The notes under the pieces are model-generated. The model did not search any database, was not told the DNA's origin, and was given only the letters and a program-made list of their open reading frames with translations. This document shows positions 50,501 through 61,674 of a DNA stretch of 64,000 nucleotides, piece after piece (within the stretch, counting starts at the first letter, position 1; each line of letters opens with the position of its first letter). This DNA is from Macrostomum hystrix (lineage: Eukaryota; Animalia; Platyhelminthes), in contig CATNEN010000001.1 of NCBI GenBank assembly GCA_950097015.1, positions 18,910,001 to 18,974,000 on the forward strand, given 5' to 3'. The position numbers and the translations under genes were made by a program.

Positions 50501-53500
50501 TTTCTCACTCTCTCCTCTCTCCTCTCTTTTCTCACTCTCTCCTCTCTACTCTCTTTTCTCACTCTCTCCTCTCTACTCTCTTTTCTCACTCTCTCCTCTC
50601 TACTCTCTTTTCCCACACTCTCCTCTCTCCTCTCTTTTCTCACACTCTCCTCTCTACTCTCTTTTCTCACACTCTCCTCTCTCCTCTCTTTTCTCACACT
50701 CTCCTCTCTACTCTCTTTTCCCACACTCTCCTCTCTCCTCTCTTTTCTCACACTCTCCTCTCTACTCTCTTTTCCCACACTCTCCTCTCTCCTCTCTTTT
50801 CTCACACTCTCCTCTCTACTCTCTTTTCCCACACTCTCCTCTCTCCTCTCTTTTCTCACTCTCTCCTCTCTCCTCTCTCCTCTCTTTTCTCACACTCTCC
50901 TCTCTCCTCTCTTTTCTCACACTCTCCTCTCTCCTCTCTTTTCTTACACTCTCCTCTCTCCTCTCTTTTCCCACACTCTCCTCTCTCCTCTCTTTTCTCA
51001 CACTCTCCTCTCTACTCTCTTTTCCCACACTCTCCTCTCTCCTCTCTTTTCTCACACTCTCCTCTCTACTCTCTTTTCCCACACTCTCCTCTCTCCTCTC
51101 TTTTCTCACTCTCTCCTCTCTCCTCTCTCCTCTCTTTTCTCACACTCTCCTCTCTACTCTCTTTTCCCACACTCTCCTCTCTCCTCTCTTTTCCCACACT
51201 CTCCTCTCTCCTCTCTTTTCTCACACTCTCCTCTCTACTCTCTTTTCCCACACTCTCCTCTCTCCTCTCTTTTCTCACACTCTCCTCTCTACTCTCTTTT
51301 CCCACACTCTCCTCTCTCCTCTCTTTTCTCACTCTCTCCTCTCTCCTCTCTTTTCTCACTCTCTCCTCTCTCCTCTCTCCTCTCTTTTCTCACACTCTCC
51401 TCTCTCCTCTCTTTTCTCACACTCTCCTCTCTCCTCTCTTTTCTCACTCTCTACTCTCTACTATCTTTTCTCACACTCTCCTCTCTCCTATCGTCTCCCA
51501 TCTTTTCTCTATTGTCTGACTCTCCTCTCGCTTGTTCCTGTTCTTCTCTTTTCTTATGCACATTTCTGTTAGAAAATTAGTATCACTCTTAGAAATATGG
51601 CAAATAATTCCTGCTACATTAGCACAGTCATCGTGTTAGCTAGATTTGTCTTTGAAGCCATTGGTTTGAAGAAGAAAGCTATAGCCTCTAATCTGATTAA
51701 TGAAGCTTACTACATTTTATTGCGGAGACTAAACAAGACACACACATGCGATTGTAAATACAGTCATCGATTGGTGTGTTCTGAGGTCTCCCAATAAGGC
51801 TGACATCCCCTGCCCACAGTTCAAAATCCCACTGGACCCCAATCGCTGCGAGGTGCTGGGCAGATGGCACTCGTCAGCAGGATGTTTAAATCATGCAATT
51901 GCTGCTGCTGCTGCTGCTGCTTTTCTGTCGGAGGAATTTCGTTGCATCGAGACCGCATGGACTTCTACGCAAATATTTGCAAATTCCTAATTAGTGTCGA
52001 AATGTTGCACCTCCTAGAATTCTGTGAGGATGTTCGTCGGAAATTCTGTGTCTGTCGCGCTGGTCTATTGTGCATCTGGCTGTCAGAATAGTAGCTTCTT
52101 GTGACAAAACTAGCAAAAGTAGATTAACATTTCCTAGAATCGTAACAAATTATTCTAGATTTGCGCAAAATTCAGAAGCAAAAAAAATAAATGTATACTT
52201 TTTTGGTGGCATTACCTCAACTGATGGTTGCGGTACAGTGACCTCAACTGATGAGTGTGTGGTACAGTGACCTCAACTGATGAGTGTGTGGTACAGTGAC
52301 CTCAACTGATGGTTGCGGTACAGTGACCTCAACTGATGAGTGTGTGGTACAGTGACCTCAACTGATGGTTGCGGTACAGTGACCTCAACTGATGAGTGTG
52401 TGGTACAGTGACCTCAACTGATGAGTGTGTGGTACAGTGACCTCAACTGATGGGTGTGTGGTACAGTGATCTCAACTGATGGGTGTGTGGTACAGTGACC
52501 TCAACTGATGGTTGCGGTACAGTGACCTCAACTGATGAGTGTGTGGTACAGTGACCTCAACTGATGAGTGTGTGGTACAGTGACCTCAACTGATGGGTGT
52601 GTGGTACAGTGACCTCAACTGATGAGTGTGTGGTACAGTGACCTCAACTGATGAGTGTGTGGTACAGTGACCTCAACTGATGGTTGCGGTACAGTGACCT
52701 CAACTGATGAGTGTGTGGTACAGTGACCTCAACTGATGAGTGTGTGGTACAGTGACCTCAACTGATGGTTGCGGTACAGTGACCTCAACTGATGGGTGTG
52801 TGGTACAGTGACCTCAACTGATGGTTGCGGTACAGTGACCTCAACTGATGGGTGTGTGGTACAGTGACCTCAACTGATGGTTGCGGTACAGTGACCTCAA
52901 CTGATGGGTGTGTGGTACAGTGACCTCAACTGATGAGTGTGTGGTACAGTGACCTCAACTGATGAGTGTGTGGTACAGTGACCTCAACTGATGGGTGTGT
53001 GGTACAGTGACCTCAACTGATGGGTGTGTGGTACAGTGACCTCAACTGATGAGTGTGTGGTACAGTGATCTCAACTGATGGGTGTGTGGTACAGTGACCT
53101 CAACTGATGGTTGCGGTACAGTGACCTCAACTGATGAGTGTGTGGTACAGTGACCTCAACTGATGAGTGTGTGGTACAGTGACCTCAACTGATGGGTGTG
53201 TGGTACAGTGACCTCAACTGATGGGTGTGTGGTACAGTGACCTCAACTGATGGGTGTGTGGTACAGTGACCTCAACTGATGAGTGTGTGGTACAGTGATC
53301 TCAACTGATTGGTGTGTGGTACAGTGATCTCAACTGATGGGTGTGTGGTACAGTGATCTCAACTGATGGGTGTGTGGTACAGTGACCTCAACTGATGGGT
53401 GTGTGGTACAGTGACCTCAACTGATGGGTGTGCGGTACAGTGACCTCAACTGATGGTTGCGGTACAGTGACCTCAACTGATGGGTGTGTGGTACAGTGAC

Positions 53501-56500
53501 CTCAACTGATGGTTGCGGTACAGTGACCTCAACTGATGAGTGTGTGGTACAGTGACCTCAACTGATGGGTGTGTGGTACAGTGACCTCAACTGATGGGTG
53601 TGTGGTACAGTGACCTCAACTGATGGGTGTGTGGTACAGTGACCTCAACTGATGGGTGTGTGGTACAGTGACCTCAACTGATTGGTGTGTGGTACAGTGA
53701 CCTCAACTGATTGGTGTGTGGTACAGTGACCTCAACTGATTGGTGTGTGGTACAGTGATCTCAGCTGATGGGTGTGTGGTACAGTGACCTCAACTGATTG
53801 GTGTGTGGTACAGTGATCTCAAACTGCGGGTTAATAGAGGGCTCATCAAACTCGGAGTTTGAGACTTGACTGAAGCGGCCAAAAATGACCTTCCAGGTAC
53901 GAGCTGCAGCCAAACGACACGGTGTTTCAACTGGAGGAGATTCAACGCGAGAACTCGGAGCCGAAGCCGGTGCTGAAGCAGATCGCCAGCCTGGACAGGG
54001 AGACCCGGGCCTCGTACTCGTACGTGCTCTACGCCATCGACAGAGGGCAACCTCGGCTGACGGGTAGCGCCACCGTGATCATCAACATTTCTGATGTCAA
54101 CGACAACAAGCCCGTATTCGACCAGCTAGTGTACAATGCCACCGTCAAGGAGTCGATCTCCTCTGGTCAGCAAGTGTTGTGCGTGAATGCCACTGACTTG
54201 GATGAAGGCGACTATGGCAGAGTTCGCTACTCCATCAAGACTCCACCGGGTGTCCAGACCATCAACAGCTTCAACATAAACTCCATCAGCGGCTGCCTGT
54301 ACACCACAATGCCCCTGAACTACGAGTTCAAGAAGGAGTTTCTGTTTTCAGTGGTGGCCATTGATTGTGACCGATCTCCGAATTCAGCAGAGGCGGAGGT
54401 AAGCTTGATGAATTTAGACCTTTTGTAAGACGATGGCTCCAAATTAATGGTTCCGATTTCACTGGTGATTTAATTGTTTAACGATTTTTACTGTCGCTGA
54501 AAAATTATCGACAATCGATTTACAGGTAGAAAGACCATGCCGACTTTAATATTTACCAAACCGAAATGCCAAAACATTCAACCAATCGCCGTGTAAATCC
54601 GGATAATGGGCTCCGGATAATGGGCTGAATAACTCTGACTCGGATTGCTTTGAAACTTACTTAACCGTGAAGGGCTGAAAGTTTTAATACAGATGGTGGA
54701 CTTTCACGAAATCGGTCATTCGGTTTGGGAGCTGTCGTGAAGCAGGCAGCGGGCATTTGAAATAGTGTGGTATTTTTACTGTTAATAATTGCAAATTTCG
54801 ATCGCAGGTAAAAATCAAGGTGGAAGATGTGAACGACTGCCTGCCAAACATAGCCATTTACAAGGCCTCGACCGAGGGCATTCTGGAAGGCAATCGGACA
54901 GCCGAGCAGATCGGCTTTGTGCAAGTCACCGACGATGACTCGGGCGGCGGCGGCAGAGTGTCCTGCACCGCCGAGCCGTCCGAGAAGTTCCGACTGGAGA
55001 ACACCTCCAGCTCCATGTTTGACCTGTTCCTGACCGCCAGCTTGGACCGCGAGACCAACCCGACCGAGCAGGTGCGAGTCTGCTGCACCGACCAGGGGAT
55101 TCCGCCGCTGCACAGCTGCAAAGACGCCAGCTTCAAAGTGCTGGACGTTAACGACGAGGCGCCCAAGTTCACCCAGTCGATCTACCACGCCTCGGTGGCT
55201 GAAAACATCTCCCGGACGTTGCTGCCGAGCTACGTCAGCAGAGTCGAAGCTGTGGACAGGGACGAAGCTCCGGTGAACAACCGAGTGACCTACTCCATTG
55301 GAGTCGAGTCGCGCGACTATTTCTACATCAACAACCGCACGGGAACTCTGATGACATGGCGGGCCCTGGACCGCGAGACCCACAGCAGCTTCGTCATCCT
55401 CGTCAACGCTGAGGATCCCGGAGGCTTGAAGGACTCAGCCACCGTTAGTCTCTCCGTCAGGGATGTCAATGACAATGCTCCAGTCCTGGTAGGCGGCTTA
55501 TTTACTCTTTTTACACTTCTTCGAAACATCTTCCTACCATCCCACAGTCTTCCCTACCATCCCACAGTCTTCCCTACCATCCCACAGTCTTCCCTACCAT
55601 GCCTTGTCTGCCCTACCATCCCACAGTCTACCCTACCATCCCACAGTCTACCCTAACATCCCACAGTCTTCCCTACCATCCCACATTCTACCCTAACATC
55701 TCAACAGTCTACCCTACCATCCCACAGTCTACCCTAACATCCCACAGTCTACCCTACCATCCCACAGTCTACCCTACCATCCCACAGTCTACCCTAACAT
55801 CCCACAGTCTAACCTAAATCCCACAGTCTACCCTACCATCCCACAGTCTACCCTAACATCCCACAGTCTACCCTACCATCCCACAGTCTACCCTACCATC
55901 CCACAGTCTACCCTACCATCCCACAGTCTACCCTACCATCCCACAGTCTACCCTACCATCCAACAGTCTACCCTACCATCCCACAGTCTACCCTACCATC
56001 CCACAGTCTACCCTACCATCCAACAGTCTACCCTAAACCTGAGAAGCTCGCAAAAGTAGTCAAGCATGCAGTGGGGCACAGCACTCCAATACGATTGATA
56101 CTTTGTAGTCAGCTTAAAATACATTTCGAAGCCTTCTGTGAGTCTATTTTTCTGTGTTTTAACGCGGTTTCAAAACAGAACTTGACAGAAAAAGGAATTC
56201 ACTTAAAGCACTGGGAAATGGCAACTCCATACCTTACAAAACTGATTGCCACTGCTCACGATCACAAGAAATGATCCGGGTAGTCAAATGTGTACCAACT
56301 AATGTTGAACACAGAATTGCACTCAGATCGACAGACTATTATTGTGCGTTTCATATTGAACTAGGACATGAAATACAGCTTAATAATATCACATTACTCT
56401 TTCTGTTCTGATGAGAAATCTGCAGAAAATCTGCATGCACACCTGCATTCTCTAAGAAAAAAGGCTCAATCTCCGATAGGAGAATCCTAATCTCATGCGA

Positions 56501-59500
56501 TAGAATCTCAATCTCCCATAAGAGAATCTCAATCTCCAATAAGAGAATCTCAATCTCCCATAAGAGAATCTCAATCTCCAATAAGAGAATCTCAATCTCC
56601 CATAAGAGAATCTCAATCTCCAATAAGAGAATCTCAATCTCCCATAAGAGAATTTCAATCTCCAATGAGAGAATCTCAATCTCCCATAAGAGAACCTCAA
56701 TCTCCCATAAGAGAATCTCAATCTCCCATAAGAGAATTTCAATCTCCAATGAGAGAATCTCAATCTCCCATAAGAGAATCTCAATCTCCCATAAGAGAAT
56801 CTCAATCTCCAATGAGAGAATCTCAATCTCCCATAAGAGAATCTCAATCTCCCATAAGATAACCTCAATCTCCCATAAGAGAATCTCAATCTCCCACAAG
56901 AGAATCTCAATCTCCCATAAGAGAATTTCAATCTCCCATAAGAGAATCTCAATCTCCCATAAGAGAATCTCAATCTCCCATAAGAGAATCTCAATCTCCC
57001 ATAAGAGAATTTCAATCTCCAATGAGAGAATCTCAATCTCCCATAAGAGAATCTCAATCTCCCATAAGATAACCTCAATCTCCCATAAGAGAATCTCAAT
57101 CTCCCATAAGAGAATTTCAATCTCCAATGAGAGAATCTCAATCTCCCATAAGAGAATCTCAATCTCCCATAAGAGAATCTCAATCTCCCATGATAGAATC
57201 TTAATCTCCCATAAGAGAATCTCAATCTCCAATAACAGAATCTCAATCTCCCATAAGAGAATCTCAATCTCCCATAACAGAATCTCAAACTCCCATAAGA
57301 GAATCTCAAACTCCCATAAGAGAATCTCAATCTCCCATAAGAGAATCTCAATCTCCCATAAGAGAACCCCAATCTCCCATAAGAGAATCTCAAACTCCCA
57401 TAAGAGAATCTCAAACTCCCATAAGAGAATCTCAATCTCCCATAAGAGAATCTCAATCTCCCATAAGAGAACCCCAATCTCCCATAAGAGAATCTCAATC
57501 TCCAATGAGAGAATCTCAATCTCCAATGAGAGAATCTCAATCTCCCATAAGAGAATCTCAATCTCCAATGAGAGAATCTCAATCTCCCATAAGAGAATCT
57601 CAATCTCCCATAAGATAACCTCAATCTCCCATGATAGAATCTCAATCTCCCATAAGAGAATCTCAATCTCCCATAAGAGAATCTCAATCTCCAATGAGAG
57701 AATCTCAATCTCCAATAAGAGAATCTCAATCTCCCATAAGAGAATCTCAATCTCCCATAAGAGAATCTCAATCTCCCATGATAGAATCTTAATCTCCCAT
57801 AAGAGAATCTCAATCTCCCATAAGAGAATCTCAATCTCCCATAAGAGAATCTTAATCTCCCATAAGAGAATCTCAATCTCCCATAAGAGAATCTCAATCT
57901 CCCATAAGAGAATCTCAATCTCCCATAAGAGAATCTCAATCTCCCATAAGAGAATCTCAATCTCCCATAAGAGAATCTCAATCTCCCATAAGAGAATCTC
58001 AATCTCCCATAAGAGAATCTCAATCTCCCATAAGAGAATCTCAATCTCCCATAAGAGAATCTCAATCTCCCATGATAGAATCTTAATCTCCCATAAGAGA
58101 ATCTCGATCTCCCATAAGAGAATCTCAATCTCCCATAAGAGAATCTCAATCTCCCATAAGAGAATCTCAATCTCACATAAGAGAATCTCAATCTCTAATG
58201 AGAGAATCTCAATCTCCCACAAGAGAATCTCAATCTCCCATAAGAGAATCTCAATCTCCCATAAGAGAATCTCAATCTCCCACAAGAGAATCTCAATCTC
58301 CCATAAGAGAATCTCAATCTTCCATAAGAGAATCTTAATCTCCCATAAGAGAATCTCAATCTCCCATAAGAGAATCTCAATCTCCCATAAGAGAATCTCA
58401 ATCTCCAATAAGAGAACCTCAATCTCCCATAAGAGAATCTCAATCTCCCATTAGAGAACCTCAATCTCCCATAAGAGAACCTCAATCTCCCATTAGAGAA
58501 CCTCAATCTCCCATTAGAGAACCTCAATCTCCCATAAGAGAATCTCAATCTCCCATAAGAGAACCTCAATCTCCCATAAGAGAACCTCAATCTCCCATTA
58601 GAGAACCTCAATCTCCCATTAGAGAACCTCAATCTCCCATAAGAGAATCTCAATCTCCCATAAGAGAACTTCAATCTCCCACAAGAGAATCTCAATCTCC
58701 CATAAGAGAATCTCAATCTCCCATATGAGAACCTCAATCTCCCATAAGAGAATCTCAATCTCCCATAAGAGAACTTCAATCTCCCACAAGAGAATCTCAA
58801 TCTCCCATAAGAGAATCTCAATCTCCCATTAGAGAACCTCAATCTCCCATAAGAGAACCTCAATCTCCCATATGAGAACCTCAATCTCCCATAAGAGAAT
58901 CTCAATCTCCCATTAGAGAACCTCAATCTCCAATGAGAGAATCTCAATCTCCCATAAGAGAATCTCAATCTCCCATAAGAGAACCTCAATCTCCCATTAG
59001 AGAACCTCAATCTTCCATAAGAGAACCTCGATCAAACATGATCAGTAAACGTCAGTTCTCCTCCCATTCAGCACTACCCCAGAGGCCAGCTCCTGGAGGT
59101 GCTCGAGAACTGCAGCGTCAAAACGGAGGTTGGCAGCGTCGAGGCCACTGACGCTGACAGTGGCGAGTATCGGCGAATCCGCTTCACTTTGCTGTCCGGC
59201 AGCGGCACTTCGGCCGGGCACGATTTCCGGGTTGACCCCGTCACCGGCAAGATCTTCACCAACCGGCAGCTGGATCGGGAACGTCAGCAGAGCTACGAGC
59301 TGCGCATTCTAGTCAGCGACAACCCGAGCGGCGGCAGCAGCCAGCAGAACTCTGTCACGGCCACGCTCACTGTTCGACTCATCGATGTCAACGATAACGC
59401 GCCTCACATTCAGTTCCCGACGGTTGAGAACAACACGTTCGGCGTATCTTGGCGAGAGCCGGCCTTCCAGCCCGTGCTGCAAGTGCGGGCTGCTGATCGA

Positions 59501-61643
59501 GACGAGGCCGAGAACGGATTGCTGCGATTCGAGCTGAAACAACCATCTGGCGGCAGCCGGAGTGCTGAACTGTTCCACATCGATCCCACCGATGGGAAGA
59601 TTCGGGTGAGTGGCATTCTCGAGTTCATGGACTGTACAGCTGTACAGAGGCCTGTAAGCTTCACGCACTAGCAGCTGACTGTTCTGAAAACTGGCCCAAA
59701 TTGTCAAATTCTCCCCTCTCCTCCATTAGATTCTCCTCTCTCTTCCATTAGATTCTCCTCTCTCTTCCATTAGATTCTCCCCTCTCTTCCATTAGATTCT
59801 CCTCTCTCTTCCATTAGATTCTCCCCTCTCTTCCATTAGATTCTCCCCTCTCTTCCATTAGATTCTCCTCTCTCTTCCATTAGATTATCCCCTCTCTTCT
59901 ATTAGATTCTCCTCTCTCTTCCATTAGATTATCCCCTCTCTTCCATTAGATTATCCCCTCTTTTCCATTAGATTCTCCCCTCTCTTCCATTAGATTCTCC
60001 CCTCTTTTCCATTAGATTCCCCCCTCTCTTCCATTGGATTCTCCCCTCTCTTCCATTAGATTCTCCTCTCTCTTCCATTAGATTATCCCCTCTCTTCCAT
60101 TAGATTCTCCTCTCTCTTCCATTAGATTCTCCCCTCTCTTCCATTAGATTATCCCCTCTTTTCCATTAGATTCTCCCCTCTCTTCCATTAGATTATCCCC
60201 TCTTTTCCATTAGATTCCCCCCTCTCTTCCATTGGATTCTCCCCTCTCTTCCATTAGATTCTCCTCTCTCTTCCATTAGATTATCCCCTCTCTTCCATTA
60301 GATTCTCACCTCTTTTCCATTAGATTCTCCCCTCTCTTCCATTAGATTCTCCCCTTTCTTCCATTAGATTCTCCCCTCTCTTCCATTAGATTCTCCCCTT
60401 TCTTCCATTAGATTCTCCTCTCTCTCCCATTAGATTCTCCTCTCTCTCCCATTAGATTCTCCTCTCTCTCCCATTAGATTCTCACCTCTCTCTTCCCTCT
60501 CTCCAAAGACACAGATCTTCACCGCCCATGTCGCTTGTCTGGCACTAGCCCCGGTGTGTGAGTGACAGGTAAGGCTCCAGCATGTTGTTCTAGTTTCCAA
60601 GCCAACAGAATTTCAATGCAGAATTTCAGGTATGCACAAATTAGCCATTTTCCTGTCAATGACAGATAACTAGCCAATATACGAGTAATAATGAAAGTTC
60701 TGTAGTCAGAATTTTGAAGCTGTTCTCGCGAAACACACTGCTGCTGCTGCTGCTGCTGAAGAAGAAGATAAAGAAGAAAAAAGAATCTAGAGAATGAATA
60801 AGAACAGAAAATCTCATTTCGTATGCCTTCACACACAGGTCCGCTTGCTTTGATAAGGCTTCAAGGCCCTATGAGCTCCTCCCATTGCCGGTCTCCTCTC
60901 TCCCCGCTTCCCCTTTCTGCCGCCCTGGCGTATCCCAATGAAGAATCCTGTTTGACAAAGAGCTAGTAGGGCTGCTAGTGGAACCCAGCAACTGCACCGC
61001 CCACTGTGTGTGACTGTCAGTCTGCGTGTGTTGACTTAATTACGTTGAAAATTACCGAATCTGCGGCCACGTTAGCGGTGAATTGATTTAAGGCAAATCA
61101 TCAGCATTAACTACCTGTGTAATTAGTTCTCATGTAAAAATTTTTCCCGCATCTGTCTGAAATTTTGTCGCTTCATTTCTCTCTGAAGTCTCCTTTGCTA
61201 GATAACAAGATTAACACAGCAGGCCCTCTAAAAAAAGTGGTTTTTCGATTCGCCTTTCCGCAGATCAATCGACCGATGACGGAGTTGGACATTGGCGACC
61301 ATCACCTGGCAGTCCGCGTCTTCGACTCGGCAATCGAATCTCCACGATCGAGCCAGATTCGCCTGATCATTCGCGTCGACCGATCGTCGCCGAAATTTCT
61401 ACCGGCAGCCTCGGCGCAACCGCCACGCGACGGTCGCTCGCCAGGAAGAGCCGGGGGCGGCGTCGGAGGCGACGGCCATTCTGACGAGGCCGACGGAAGA
61501 CGCCAAGCCAATGGAAACGGCACCATCCTGGTTGCGGCAGTCGGCCTGGCCTGCGCCCTGACTCTCATTCTGCTGGCGGTGGCTCTAGGCCTGTGCCAGC
61601 GACGCGGCCTCTTTGCCGAGCTACTCAGCTCCGCCGACCAGCG

Positions 61644-61674
<31 letters not shown>

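Noticed and set aside
46022-51359. Many Ser/Leu-rich and Arg/Glu-rich ORFs
   Set aside because: Translations of 16-, 21- and 27-bp low-complexity arrays in intron 1.
52212-53822. CRISPR-like appearance of a constant ~21-bp core with variable linkers
   Set aside because: Linkers are 6-8-bp recurring variants, not unique spacers; no cas genes; eukaryotic intron.
56351-59010. 685-aa (WEIEILL)n and 579-aa (RLRFSYG)n minus-strand ORFs
   Set aside because: Translations of a 21-bp intronic satellite antisense to the protocadherin.
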